The notes: a model not told the origin generated them from the sequence alone. Shown: positions 29,594-43,504, numbered from the stretch's first letter. The stretch is DNA of 64,000 nucleotides from Eledone cirrhosa (GCA_964016885.1 OZ024743.1:254944001-255008000); one strand, 5' to 3'. A program made the numbers and translations.

Positions 29594-30880
29594 CTATGTT
29601 ACCGTCATGTTGTTGTCTTGCATGTTCGTATAGTACTGACTCGTTTTTCGTCCTTTTAGTTCCCCCCAGTGTTGGTCTATCCTTTCACCTATGCTACGAG
29701 CTGTCTCACCTATGTATGTTGTTGTCATGTTTCTGCAAGTACCCTCTGTACATCTTATGCTATAGATTACGTTTCTAGTTTTACAGATTATCCGGTGGTT
29801 CACCTTACATATGATACATTTCCTATTGGTACAGTGGGTTTTCTTAAAAGGGTAGGTTTTGCTGATCAGGAATTTTATGGTGGTTCCTGGCTTTTCTACC
29901 ACCTTTATTTTTAAGTGGGTCTTTCTCAGGGCCTTTCTACACTGGTTAGCTAATTTCCCTCCAGGGGTGGCGTCCACAAACATGACACTCTGATATCTCT
30001 GGTTATCGAACCATGATGTGGCCTTCCCTATCTTATGTCTAGTCCTATCTAAGCTATTCCATGATTTGCTCCTGTATAGTGGGCAAATTCCTTTCATGTC
30101 CAGTTCTATGAGGGTCTTATACTTTTCCATGGCTCCTTCGTATACTCTGACTCTGTCTCTTTGGTTGTAGCCAGAGAACTGCATGCGGTTGATGAAGTGT
30201 TGGATGTGTCTTTCTATTTCTGTTGGGTCGCACATGCTGGACACATTCTTCATCACTCGTACCAAATCTGCGATCAGAATATTAAACTTAGCACTACTGG
30301 ACATTGCTGAGTTTTTGTGTATCAGGTATTTGGAGGCCATGGGTTTAGCATAGTGTGAGTGGAGAATTTGGGCTCTCTCGTCTATAGTGTTAATCCAGAG
30401 TTCTGTGTCTAATACAGGTAGTCTATTGTTAGGGTGTTTGGAAGGGAAGTCGATAGTTACAGTTATACTCTGGTGTATGGAATTAGCTATCTGCTGGATG
30501 CTTTCCATCGTGCTACGTTCTAAATCAAACTTGTTAGTGCTCTCTAGTGGGGCTGTTCTTATAACTATATTGATATCGTCTACATAACGAGAGTACATGA
30601 TGAGGTCTATGGAGCTTTCATTAAGGAGATCTTTAAGTCTCCTTTCCCACCATACCATGAAAAGGTTGGCAACATCACCAACTATGCTGACGCCGATGGC
30701 TGCTCCCTCATTTTGGGTGTAGATTTTCTCATTGAACTTAAATATGTGGCCCTTTAGGGTAGTTTTGATACTAGCCCCTATTGCATGTGCGACCATTTTT
30801 CTTACCTGATCAGTGTTTTGGGGGGTCCGTATAGCATTGGTCCACCCAATCCACCTTCCTATGGGAGTCCTTTTTGCCAT
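29594..30880 (-). pseudogene. PLE RT palm/thumb + GIY-YIG
   Basis: YTQNEGAAIG, YSRYVDD, LPVLD, HYAKP, FVDATPG, C..C..C..C, NVIYSIRC, YIGETARS..ER..QH. Confidence 0.92.
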
Positions 30881-31340
30881 TGAGACAATGGTGGGGGGGT
30901 CTACCTCTTATAGGTCTACTAGGGCAGAAACATCTAAGGTCATGGCTGTCTAGGTAGTCAGTGTCGTAGGTAAGTCTAAGTAGGAGGCCCAGTTCGTCTG
31001 TGTCGACGTCGCAGAACTCCACCTCACTCTCAATGATCATCTCCACACATCTTTTCACAGCAAAATCAATGTTAATGGATGGGTACAGTGACACCACATC
31101 CATGCTGCCTATTATGCAGTTGGATAGGCTCATGTTTTTGTTGCACTCACTGATTCTGCTGAGGAGGTCCTCTGTACTTTCACATACATCTGGGGACATC
31201 TTGATTATGGGGCGTATAACCATTGAGAGGAAGTAGGAGATCCTGTAGTTGCTAGCTATATTAGCTCCGCATACGGGTCTTGTTGGTGGTCCTGTTGTCG
31301 GGTCGTCGACTGTCTTGTGGTCTTTGCGGAGCCCATACAA
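30810..31340 (-). pseudogene. PLE RT N-terminal motifs (frameshifted)
   Basis: YGLRKDHK..PTRPVCG, STEDLL, IGSMDVVSLYPSI. Confidence 0.9.
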
Positions 31341-32199
31341 GAAAGTTGTTGGCAGTGCGTCTGCTTGGCTTTAGGATGTCAGTCCACATCATCATGTGAG
31401 CGTTGAGGATTTTTTCTCTCCCATCGTGTGTGTGTTGTGCAACTTCGCTCGTGTTGATGATGTGGGGTTGCATAGCCTCGATGTAGTTCGGCATGCTATC
31501 TATTGACATGCTACCAGACTTATCTGTGGGTAGACACACTACCTCACCATCTCTTGTGCGCTGCTTGAGGCTAACCAAGCCTTCTACAGGTTTTCTCCCA
31601 AGTTGTTGGCTCTCTGGTCTGCTCTGTCTCTTAGTATACCTGTCTACTACTTGTCTAATCTTATTTCTAGCTATGGTGAACTGTGCCGCCGTCTCGTCAT
31701 CTATTTGCTGTGGTATGCAAACTCTTTTATTAAAGGGTAACCTCGTAGGATAGATATTACCCATCTTATATGTTTTGTCAGCTGGGTTGAAAAATAGTTT
31801 CTCTAAGGGGTTGTCATTATATCTATCGTCATAGTTGTGTATGTTGCTATTGTTGTTATCAGGGTGGTTGTTGTTGTTTCTATCATTAGCATTATTATTA
31901 TTGTTATGATTGCTAGATGTATTGTTGTTTACTTCACCGTTATTGTTGTTGTTGTTACTGTTATTTCTACCATTGTGGTTGTTACTATTATTATGTTTCT
32001 TGTTTTTGTTGATGTTGCTACATGTACTATTTCCATTATTACCACTGTGGTTATTGTTGTTGTTGTTCGTATTGTTACCGTTATTACTACTGTGGTCACT
32101 GTTGCTGTGTCTGTGGTTAACGTTTCTATTATTATTATTATTGTGGTTGTTGTTGTTCCGTCTATCGCTAGTATTATTGCCATTATCACTATTTCTCAC
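31261..32199 (-). pseudogene. PLE N-terminal region with Asn-rich tract
   Basis: PTRLPFNKRV..P, GLVSLK.R..GEVVCLPTDKSG (typical PLE pre-RT motif), preceded by a poly-Asn low-complexity segment. Confidence 0.8.
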
Positions 32200-32546
32200 T
32201 TTCCTGCCATTGTTATGGTTATGGCTGTTATTTCTATACCCAGAGTTATTGTTTATATTACTACTACCGTTATTATTGTTGTTGTCGTTTACCTTTGCAT
32301 TCCAACGTATTCCAGAGGACCGAGTAAGTTAGATCGCAGATATAAAAGACAGCGAGAAGCGAAAACCAACCAAACAGTGAGTGTGTTCTGTTATTAATTC
32401 TGGCAATATTACGCACATATATATATATATACATATATATATATATGCATATATATATATATATATATGCATATATATATATATATGCATATATATATGT
32501 GTATATATATATATATGCATATATATATGCATATATATATATATAT

Positions 32547-33755
32547 TGGAAAATGTGTGTAATCCTTGGTACAGTTAGGTGTATTAAGACAGGGGGGAAG
32601 AAAAAACTGGCTTCACTTGCGCTTTCAACAAATTTATTTTCTTCACAAAATCTAAAAAGAATTTTTTTCCGGATTAGAAAAAATTTTTTCTTAAAAAAAT
32701 AATTTTATAAATTAAGTTGTTGGTTGTTGGTTAGGTCTTAGGAGTTCTTGGTTAACGTAGGAGGTATTGTTTCGTTTTTAGAACGACCTTTCACGCTGAG
32801 GTGCGCTTGTCAAACTGATGTGTATGTAGTGTGTTGTTCTATATATAGGGATTTAATATGTCTGTGGTGTGGTGGTTTTTTTTTCTCCCCCTTTAATAAG
32901 TGTAGGGGGGTAGGTGTGTTGAAAAAGTGTTAATAGCAGTAATGAGTTGAGACGGTGAGTAGGGTTAGGTGGGGAGTAATGTAGCAAGTGCGGCCTGCCT
33001 CGGTCATTCTCGAAAAATTCCTTTATTCAGGGGAAAAAGCTTTTAGTATTCCTTTGTGTTGAGAATGGTCATAGGCAAACCGCACCTGCCAAGTTTGAAA
33101 ACAATTATTTTTTTCTGAAGAATTTTTCTACGTCCATCCCAAAATTAGTCCTTTGTTCAACACACACATATATGTGCGTATATACGTACATACACATACG
33201 GGCATATGTAGGAATATATAGGCACACACCATCAATCACACACCCATGTACATATACATCCACATACATGACCATTCTCAACACAAAAGAATACTAAAAG
33301 CTTTTTCCCCTGAATAAAGGAATTTTTCGAGAATGACCGGGGCAGGCCGCACCTGCTACTCTTCTCCCCACCCAACCCTATTCACCGTCTCAACTCATTA
33401 CTGCTATTAACACTTTTTCAACACACCTACACCCCTACACTTATTAAAGGGGGAGAAAAAACCCCCCACCACACCACAGACATGTTAAATCCCTATATAT
33501 AGAACAACACACCACATACACATCAGTTTGACAAGCGCACCTCAGCGTGAAAGGTCGTTCTAAAAACGAAACAATACTTCCTACGTTAACCAAGAACTCC
33601 TAAGACCTAACCAACAACCAACAACTTAATTTATAAAATAATTTTTTTTAAGAAAAAATTTTTTCTAATCCGGAAAAAAATTCTTTTTGGATTTTGTGAA
33701 GAAAATAAATTTGTTGAAAGCACAAGTGAAGCCATTTTTTTCTTCCCCCCCTGTC

Positions 33756-33760
<5 letters not shown>
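32547..33760 (-). mobile_element. Hairpin element with ~490 bp inverted arms, in (TA)n
   Basis: ~35 bp tail; arms ~32582-33072 / ~33268-33760; no HHR confidently resolved; strand inferred from tail position. Confidence 0.75.
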
Positions 33761-33807
<47 letters not shown>

Positions 33808-33819
33808 TATATATATATA

Positions 33820-33858
<39 letters not shown>

Positions 33859-33860
33859 GC

Positions 33861-33892
<32 letters not shown>

Positions 33893-33923
33893 GCATATAT
33901 ATATATATATATACTATATATAT

Positions 33924-34745
33924 AGAGTTATAAACTCAAACAGTCTATTACAATTAAATAGCTCAAAGAAAGAGGTATTTCTGAGCCGTGAAATACAAAT
34001 TAATATAAATGAATATATGATAAACACTAATACAATTATATAAGTGTTTGTATTGCAAATGACCAAGTTAGCTAGATTGAAAAATACTAATTAAATTAAT
34101 ACAGTTTGCCTGTCTCGATTTAAAATAATAAATCAATAAAAACAAACCTATATTGGCAATAGCCGTGATACCTGGACAAGTTTAAATTTCAAAACCCAAA
34201 CCTGTTCCGCAGACAAATTTAAATTTCAAAACCCAAATTCGTTTCGCAACGATAAGTGAAAAATTCAATTTCTGTGCTCTTCTGCAGGTATCCAGAAAAT
34301 TGGTATGTTTCACCTCAAAATACTTAGGAGGACTGATAAGCAAGTGTTTAACGCACATGGTTTTTCAGCGCCTAGCTAGTCCTATACTCGTGCTGCTAGA
34401 AATAACACCCGTTTTTATGGGACTAAAATTTAGCTCAACGAAAGGAGCCGTTAATACTATATATAGAGTTATAAACTCAAACAGTCTATTACGAAACGAA
34501 TTTGAGTTTTTAAATTTAAATTTGTCTGCGGAACAGGTTTGGGTTTTGAAATTTAAATTTGTCCAGGTATCACGGCTATTGCCAATATGGGTTTGTTTTT
34601 ATTGATTTATTATTTTAAATCGAGACAGGCAAACTGTATTAATTTAATTAGTATTTTTCAATCTAGCTAACTTGGTCATTTGCAATACAAACACTTATAT
34701 AATTGTATTAGTGTTTATCATATATTCATTTATATTAATTTGTAT
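33924..34745 (-). mobile_element. Hairpin element with ~255 bp inverted arms and degenerate HHR
   Basis: Arms ~33993-34246 / ~34492-34745; start of the tail repeated directly at ~34460-34492; minus strand cagaaga gca..tgc GAAAC gaattt..aaatttGTC. Confidence 0.7.
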
Positions 34746-34750
34746 ATATA

Positions 34751-34804
<54 letters not shown>

Positions 34805-35498
34805 TATTATTTTTATGTAATATTTAATTTTTATTAATTCAACTATAACAATTATTATGTAAAATATATTAATTTAATATATTGTTGCTCTTTATATAGT
34901 GTAATGGAATATAGGCAGGGTTCAGATTGTAATACAAACTGCACTTACTTTGTAAAAAATTTTAAAAATAATTTTTTTTTAATTTTGTTTGTAAAAGTTT
35001 GTACAAACATTTTTAAAACTATCGATTTTACAAAAGTTTGTAAATTTTTGTTTCTGAAAAATTTTAAAACACTCTAAGATAGCGTATATTGAATAATAAA
35101 TTGATAATTTATAGTGATTTGGCAGTCATATTATGATTGTAAACTTTGTAATTTTGATTCAAAAAGAACTTTGTAATTGTAAAATTTTGTAATTTTGATC
35201 TAAAATAACTTTGTAATTGTAAAATTGCGTTCTAAAATAACCTTGTAATTGTAAAATTTCATATTTTTGAAATTTGTTCGCAAAAATATCAATTTTTAAT
35301 TTAATGTACTTAGTTTTTTATGTATCGATTTAGTTTACTATGATAGTCAACTACAGGTGTCCATGCGTTTAAAAATGTTTGATATTATTAATATATTCGA
35401 TCGCAAATTGGCGTATTTATATCTGAACATAAGTATGACAAATGTTATTTCTTCTTATTTTGTATTTATTTAAGCTACTAATAAGTATTTATTTGCAG

Positions 35499-36105
35499 GT
35501 TCGTGACGTATCCCGCAAGTTAATCGGGACCCGTCACCGATTTTGGTGTCCCAACTGCCGATGTGAATGAGCAGTGCCGGACTTGTGAATTGGGTCTTGA
35601 TGTTGCGGGCAGTTCATCTTCTTACAATCATGCGGTCCCACAAGCTTGTTCGCATTGGTGTGCCAATAATCTGCCAGACATGCGTATTAAATTGGAAGCG
35701 AAAGCAACTTACCGGATGCGGAATCGGGAGAAGTTGGGACAAAAACAGGCCGATTGTAGAGCTGCGAATTCGGCTAAAATAAAGCAAAAACCTGCCGAGC
35801 ATAGATATTCAAAACGACATGAGTTGGCAAACAAGCAGGCCGAGTATAGATCTGCAAATTCAGTCGTTATATCTCAAAAGATAAGCCGATCGTAGGGCTA
35901 GGAAACGTACCGAGTTAGCTGAAAAGCAGGCTGAGTACAGATCTGCGAAGCGAGATAAAGTATTGCAAAGAAAGGCTGTGTATAGAATTGTCAATAAAGA
36001 TAATATACAGTCTTATCAGAAAGCTTACTATAAAAACAAAAATGTTCTTCGTAAGCGGTCTTTGCATCGAATAAGGAAACTAGAAACAATGCTTGACTTC
36101 GTTTG
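35499..36105 (+). pseudogene. CpG-rich coding fragment with K/R/E/Y-rich (KQAEYR..N) repeats, probably DNA-transposon or virus-like
   Basis: Candidate acceptor tttgcag at 35498; ORF 35563-35895 continues after a disruption as ARKRTELAEKQAEYRSAKRDKVLQRKAVYR..QKAYY. Confidence 0.45.
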
Positions 36106-36671
36106 AATGGCTGCTATTTTTAGCAGCACAAGATTGACCTGTCCACCGTACTTTTTGCCTTTGCACATGGTACCATGACAAAACTGTTTCATCATTCATT
36201 TGCTCTCATTCTGAGGCATGTGACGACAAGTGCAGAGAGATCTCCAGATATAAAGCAATGCCTGTGCTGTGAAGCTTTTATAGTGAGCAAAGGCACTGCA
36301 CAAAACCAGTTCCACTCTCTTAACCAAAATGATATTTACGAAAAAGAAGAACAAGTCAACATCATTGGATACTATCAGGGTTGCAGATGTTATATCAGAG
36401 TTTTCCTTCTCCTAGAATTCTGCCTTGACAAAGGCTCAGGGGCCATCTCTCCCCGTGATTTTGGATGGCTATTGACTCTTAAGAGCCCCTTTGCCTTTTG
36501 ACAGGTTTTGTTTTTAGTCCTGCAGGATGTCCAAAGCCACCCTCCTCACCAAGAAACCTTGGTGGGGTTGCCAGTTTAGTCGCCAACGACCCGACCATGA
36601 GACAGGTTGTACTGGGATACATGTTACCAGTAGCACCAACTGGTGACCTGACACACATATACATACATACA

Positions 36672-36706
<35 letters not shown>

Positions 36707-36719
36707 GTGTATGGTGTAG

Positions 36720-36950
36720 GTATCATGACAAAAATTACCCAGTCCGCACTGTAAAGTGGTCATGTAGGCATTATGAAAAAAAGTATCCAGCACGCACTGT
36801 AAGTGTGGTTGGCATTAGGAAGGGCATCCAGCCATAGCAACCAAGCCCAAATCAGTTCTGTGTGAACGAATCACAGTCACCCGACCTGATCTCTCACAAA
36901 GGGACAGCTCGTCCTACTCATGCTAGCGTGGAAGATGGATGTTAAACAAT
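36720..36950 (+). mobile_element. RTE-related LINE/SINE 3' end
   Basis: gttggcattaggaagggcatccagcc..catgctagcgtggaagatggatgttaaac, shared with the copies at 43.5, 45.6, 48.0 and 57.7 kb. Confidence 0.7.
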
Positions 36951-37133
36951 AATTGTTTCTACTTTAGGCACAAGGCCAGCAATTACCCAGTGCATTACTG
37001 GTACTTTATTTTATCGACCCCGTAAGGATGAAAGGCAAAGTGGACCTCGGCGGGATTTGAACTCAGATCGTAAAGGGACGTAACTATGCTGGAAAGCATG
37101 GCGTCCAACCCTCTACCGATACTGCCAATCCAA
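36950..37133 (-). mobile_element. tRNA-derived SINE
   Basis: Reverse complement of the 16857/26498 family. Confidence 0.85.
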
Positions 37134-37252
37134 ATTATGCATGATGAAATATTGTTGTTTACTTGAAGCATTGCATATATGTAATGTGAAAAGTGATAAA
37201 TGTAAGAAGGCTAACATAATGCTAAAAGTATATATATATTATCTCTCTCTCT

Positions 37253-37320
<68 letters not shown>

Positions 37321-37744
37321 ACGTGTGTGTCTCTGTGTGTATGCATGTATGTATATGCACGTTTCTATGTGTATGTTTGCTGTTTATGTCCTCAAATTTA
37401 GTGGTTTAACAAAAACAGATCACTACAAATAAGTACTGAACTTGAAAAGATAAAAGTCCTAGCATTTACATGATCACTTAAATCCCTGAAAGGCAGTACC
37501 TCAATGTGACTGCTGTCTTATGACTGAAACAAGTAAAAGAATAAAAGAATATATATTACTTTCCCTCTTATACACACACACATTGATCAAAACCTGCTAT
37601 GGTTGGCTTTGCCTTTCTTTTTTCCAGTGTCAATAAAATGAAATACCAATCAAGTCCTGGGATCAATATAATTGACTATACCTCCCTTCATATTTGATAA
37701 TGTTCCCATATAAAAATCATTATTAACCATATTAACCCAGAATC

Positions 37745-37945
37745 ATTAGAGCATTGGACACCATGCTTTGCCGCATAGAGTTACGTCCCTTTACGTTCTG
37801 AGTTCAAAGTCTCACCAAGGTTAGCTTTGCCTTTCATCCTTTTGGTGTTGATAAAATAAAGCACCAGTAACGTACTGGGGTCGATTCAATTGACTTTGCC
37901 CTCCCCTAAAACTGTTGGCCTTGTGTCTAGACCAGAAACCATTAT
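37745..37945 (+). mobile_element. tRNA-derived SINE, diverged
   Basis: gagttcaaag..gcctttcatccttttggtgttgataaaataaagcaccag. Confidence 0.75.
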
Positions 37946-38276
37946 TAATCATATTTCAAGTGAAAAAATATTGCTTTTGATTTAAAATACCTTTGAAAAT
38001 TATCAGGAATTAAAAGTTATGTAGTAATGTAACTAATTTTCTTGTTATTTATCTGGTGTTTGGAACATATCTTAATAGAGGTTCTTACATAGAATTATGA
38101 AAACGTTTTAATTAAGATTTTCTTTGTTCTGATCAAATAATTTTCAAGACAATACAAGCTATACAGATAGATATGTCCTTTATCCTGACTATGCCATTTA
38201 CTCTTTACATACACATGATGTACCAAATTCACTTTGGACAGATTATACATGAGGAGCTAACAACCAGCACTCACAC

Positions 38277-38279
<3 letters not shown>

Positions 38280-38365
<86 letters not shown>

Positions 38366-38820
38366 CTCTCTCTACAGACTATGCAGATACAACAAGCAGG
38401 CATTACTATGTTGCCTAGCAAATCTCTTACCAAAGAGCATTTTCCTCTGCTCCTCCTCTCTTTCCTTTTTCCAGCTCCTTCTTTCCCCCCCAACACCACC
38501 ATCATCACCATATCCATCATCACCATCATCACCACCTTCGTCACCATCTCCATCACCCCCATCATTATTATCACAACTATCACCATCATCATTATCACTA
38601 TCATCATCTCCATCATGATCACCATCACCTTCATCAATCCCACCACCATCATCACCCCCACCACCATCACCCCCATCATCCCCACCATCACCAACATCAT
38701 CACCTTCATCCCCACCATCACCATCATCACCACCATCATCCCCACCATCACCATCATCATCACCTTCATCCCCACCATCACCATCATCATCACCTTCATC
38801 CCCACCATCACCATCACATA
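38280..38820. repeat. (CA)n then (CAT/CAC)n simple repeats
   Basis: Direct inspection; explains the ITIII/MVMM ORFs. Confidence 0.92.
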
Positions 38821-39516
38821 CATATCATGAGATAAATAATTCGCTCACCCACCCATTCTCCTACCTACATTATTATATGACACCACCATAACATGCCACT
38901 ACACCACAGCACACTACATCACTCATCTCCAACATGCCATACAACCACACTTCTCAGTCCCACCAAAACATTGCAGCACATCACACAACCCCAACACATC
39001 ACATAAACGCACCACACAACCCCACCACTGCCCACAATGTCCATACCATGCCATTGATTTTCAAAAGCATCAATTATATCTTTTTTCCTCTCCTCATAGA
39101 ATAGTTTATTCAGAATAATACACATACATACACATATGCATGAGAACACTAAAATGCATACAGACACACACACATGTACACACACACACAGATGGATATG
39201 TGTGTGTGTATATATATATATGTATATATATATGTATATTCAATTTAAAATCATTGAAATATAGTAAAGAAACACACACACACACACACACACACATGTC
39301 TGTTAGCTTTTTCGTTACTATGGTATTGTATGGTTGGGTTTTGCCTACCGCAATGTTTAATTAGTCAAGCTATTTAAACATATGTTATTGCTCTAAGGAC
39401 CTACCCTTATTGAGTGCTTTGCTAACTCATTCCTATAGTAGGTCGACTTTGCTTGGCCACAGACAAAGTTTCGATTTTACTAAGCTTCCACTTGTATTTT
39501 ATATATATATATATAT

Positions 39517-39716
39517 AACGAAGGAAATGTGGTAAGGAACCAGGTGGACCATAACGCACCAAAGTACTCAATACTTAGGGTAGTAGAGTGGGTAATAGGA
39601 ACGAGTAGGACCCCGACGGCTGAGCTCAAGCCGTTTCGACGGCTAATTCTGGACTCCAGACGTCCAGAATTAGCCGTCGAAATGGCTTGAGCTCAGCTGC
39701 CGGGGTCCTACTCGTT

Positions 39717-39720
<4 letters not shown>
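39517..39720 (-). mobile_element. Minimal hairpin derivative of the PLE family at 58831-61162
   Basis: ~78 bp tail plus ~60 bp inverted arms centred near 39657; (TA)n on both sides. Confidence 0.8.
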
Positions 39721-39762
<42 letters not shown>

Positions 39763-40922
39763 ATAATATCAATGAATCATGGAATTTGGAATAAAAGTAT
39801 TCAAGAACGGTAAAAAATATAAATTCCTCCCTGGTTAATATTTCTATCAAGAATTATGGTTGAGTTCATATAAGTACTGGAACATGGCAATATTCTTCTC
39901 TACAACAATGATTACAACTACAGTTTCAATTATTACAGTATCTTCAGTAACAACAATCACAGCAACTACTACAACCATCACAACAGATGCAGCAACAACA
40001 TAAAAAAACAACAATAAAAAACAAGGCTTCTTCTTCTTCTTCTTCTTCTCCTCCTCCTCCTCCACCTCCCCTCCCTTTTCTTCTTCTTAATTTACTTTGT
40101 GTGTTTTTATGTTGTCTGTGTCTGTGAATTCACATTAGTGTGTGTATGTGTATGTGTATGTATGTATGTTGTTGTATGTCTGTCTATATGTCTACATATG
40201 CGTGTGCGTAGTAAGGTGTCTATATGTGTTGTTCATTTGCTTGTGTGTGTGTGTGTGTGTAATGCAGTATGTATACATGTATTTGTCTCTCTGTCTACAT
40301 GCATATGTGTTTGTGTGCATGCAGTAATGTGTGTCTGTGCATCTCCATCTGTGTGTGTGTGTGTGTTTGTAGAGTCTGCATGTATCTAATTCTATGTGTG
40401 TATAGTGATGTGTCATGTATGTGTAGCATAAGTCTTTGATGTCAGTCGCCCAGAACTCTATTGAACCCTAGAATGTCACATAACAAAGGACATTATGGAC
40501 CATTCTTTCTTCACACACAGTCTTCACTTAAGCAGATATGAAGTCCTCATCCACATAGAAGCAAAATGATGTGTGTGCATATGTATGAATGTGTGTGTGT
40601 GTGTGCATATCAATTTATATATGATATGTGTGACTGTGTTTGTCTGTGTGTGTACAGTTCTATCTGTCTATATATATGTCTGTCTGTGTTTATGCATGTG
40701 CATGTATATGTGTGTGTGTACATGTCTATCTGCCTACATATATATGTGTGACTGTATTTCTATGTGTCCATCTATCTATCTATAATATGACTCTATTATT
40801 GACTCTGTATGAGTGTGTCTATCAATCTGTCTATGAATGAGCCATTCTTCACACACAGTCATCAGTTATTCAGTCATTTCTCTTGATATATTTCCAATCA
40901 TATATGCATGGTTGTGTTTGTG

Positions 40923-41026
<104 letters not shown>

Positions 41027-41507
41027 TCTATATGTTTTATATATATTATATAAAACAGCTATGAAGATACATAAGTGACCCAAGGATATAGTTTCGTGCT
41101 TACAGAACTTATTAAACTAATATATACACACATATATTTGTGTGTGTTGTATGTAAGTACATCGCATATCATTAGGAACTTCTAAACCTGTCAATCAATC
41201 TGTAAGAAAAACAGCCAAATTTCTTTGTCTACACCTTTAATTATTCTAAGGCAACAGCATGTTTGACAATATAGTCTCTGATATACAAATTAATGACTTG
41301 ATGGTCATTGCTTGAATGACTCTTATCATATATCTATTCAATTAGAATTAGGGCATACCTGGGGCTAAACAACATTCTTATTCCTGTACAAAATCCTGTT
41401 TGAAATAATTATCATCCTAGAATATATGTAGTTTCTTAATCTGATGTGATGGTATATTATTCAACTTTTCATGGCTGTATTTCTAATGAAATACACTCTA
41501 TTAATTA

Positions 41508-41688
41508 ATTGTTTCTACTTTTGGCACAAGGCCAGCAATTACCCAGTGCATTACTGGTACTTTATTTTATCGACCTGATAAGGCTAAAAGGCAAAGTTAA
41601 CCTCGGAGGGATTTGAACTCAGATCATAAAGGGCCGTAACTCTATGCATCAAAGCATGGCGTCCGACCCTCTACCGATACTGCCAATG
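41508..41688 (-). mobile_element. tRNA-derived SINE
   Basis: Same family as 36950-37133. Confidence 0.82.
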
Positions 41689-43504
41689 AAATGAAGAATG
41701 TTGAGGGATTTATCAAAATTATTATATATTTCATTACTAAGATAATAACTTAAATATGTTTCATATATAAAATTGTTAGGATAAAAGACAATGCTGACCT
41801 TGGCAGGAATTGTGCTCAGAGGAAAGAAGGCTAGAACAAATACCAAGGCATTTAATTCAATGTGATAAAGACTATGCTAATTCATCACCTGACTAATGAC
41901 AGCCAATATCTTTAATCACTAATAGCTCATTGCTCTCTGCATTATAAACACTTTAAAAAAAAACATGCATTTAACCCTTTCATTGCCATATTTCTAATGA
42001 CATGCACTGTATTTCAATTAATTAATGAAGAATTTGGAAAGATTTACTAAAATTATTAATCATTTCATTACTAAGATAGTGACATAACACTCTGTTCTTC
42101 TATAATCTTTTTTGAGTATTTCAATTTAAATAGGAAACCTATAAAATGAATGGTTTTAATTGGGCTTTCATCAAAAAGGTTAATTTGGTTTCCCACTGCA
42201 TACCCTCTCGTGCAAATGTTTCCTAACATAGTGTCAACTTCAGTATTTAAACTGGCTGTATCCGACCAGAATTTTATCACCTCTTTCTATTAGAACCAGC
42301 CATAACTGACTTCTCATATTGACGTTAAATTATTGTTCTCAAAATAAATAATATGAAAATTTCATAGATTCGATATTATGTGCGATAAAGCGTTTAGCAC
42401 AAAAATACAATAGTATATATAGAATAAATATTTAAGGGTTAAACCAAGTCTTTAGAATGAAATTTGGTAGACAGAAACTATGAGGAAGATGACTGGATGT
42501 ATTGTCAAACATGCAACTTTGTTATTTATTTTGTCATGCATATTCTGCTTGAAAATTATATTAACCCGTTTGAAACCAACACAGTCAAACCTGACTCGAG
42601 TTTTTTGAAACAAAGCCATTCATTTTAAAAGCTTCCTATTGAAATTAAAATCTTCCAACATAATTTTATGTAAGAAGCACGTGTTAAGATACTATCTTAG
42701 TAATGAAATAATAATTTTACTAAAATCCTCAAAATTATTTCTTAATTAATTAAAATAGAGTCACGAAAAGGTTATGGGTAAATATGTCTGTGGAATATTA
42801 AGCCTCTTGCCCAGGGTGGTGGTGGTTATAGAATGGTGTATATTGGTAGCAGTAATGTGGTATTGGAAGTAGTAGTGTAGTGGTGGTATTGGTGTTGTGA
42901 TATGACACGACTTTCCCATTAAACACTGAATGTTGAGTTATGCTTCATGACAAATCAATAATTAGAGAGTGTGTGGGTATGGGTGTGGATGATGGGTTGA
43001 GGTCAGAGATTATAATAACATTGTAGTATCTGCTAATAGTGGGCTGGGGTGTGGCTAAAGCTATAGCCAGGCTGGTGGGGTGGCACTGGTTGCGGTAATG
43101 TTCGTTATGGTAGTGACAATGGTGTGATTGTAACTTGATATAATAGTGGTGATCATGATTGTGGTGGTGGAAATGATGGGGATGTGGTGCTGGTAGCAGC
43201 AGTAATGTGGTGATACTGACAATCATAGTGATTGTGATAGTAAAGATATGGTTATGGTGGAGGTATTGATATTTATTATACTACCAGTGATGTATGTTTG
43301 TGCTCAATTCACACACACACCACATACATGTATATATATATATATATACAAGTGGTAATGGTGGTACCATGAGAAAACGAATCAGGGAACATATGAGCAG
43401 GATGTAATCACCTGATTAGTCTAGTGTTAGTATATGACAGCCCATCTAGCATAAGCAAGTATGGAAAATAGTGATGATGATTGATATATATATATATATC
43501 ATTT

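Larger units (their letters stand above)
28836..32415 (-). mobile_element. Near full-length PLE (RT + Cys-rich linker + GIY-YIG) with short inverted pLTR
   Basis: Three frameshifted ORFs; arms ~28922-29020 / ~32317-32415; HHR core CTGACGA-stem II-GAAA at ~29117-29148 (-). Confidence 0.93.

Noticed and set aside
31837-32397. Hydrophobic V/I/L-rich ORFs resembling membrane proteins (also 38257-38830)
   Set aside because: These are antisense or alternative frames of trinucleotide repeats
33520-33600. TTGACAA gcgc..gcgt GAAA possible HHR
   Set aside because: No convincing stem I partner found by eye
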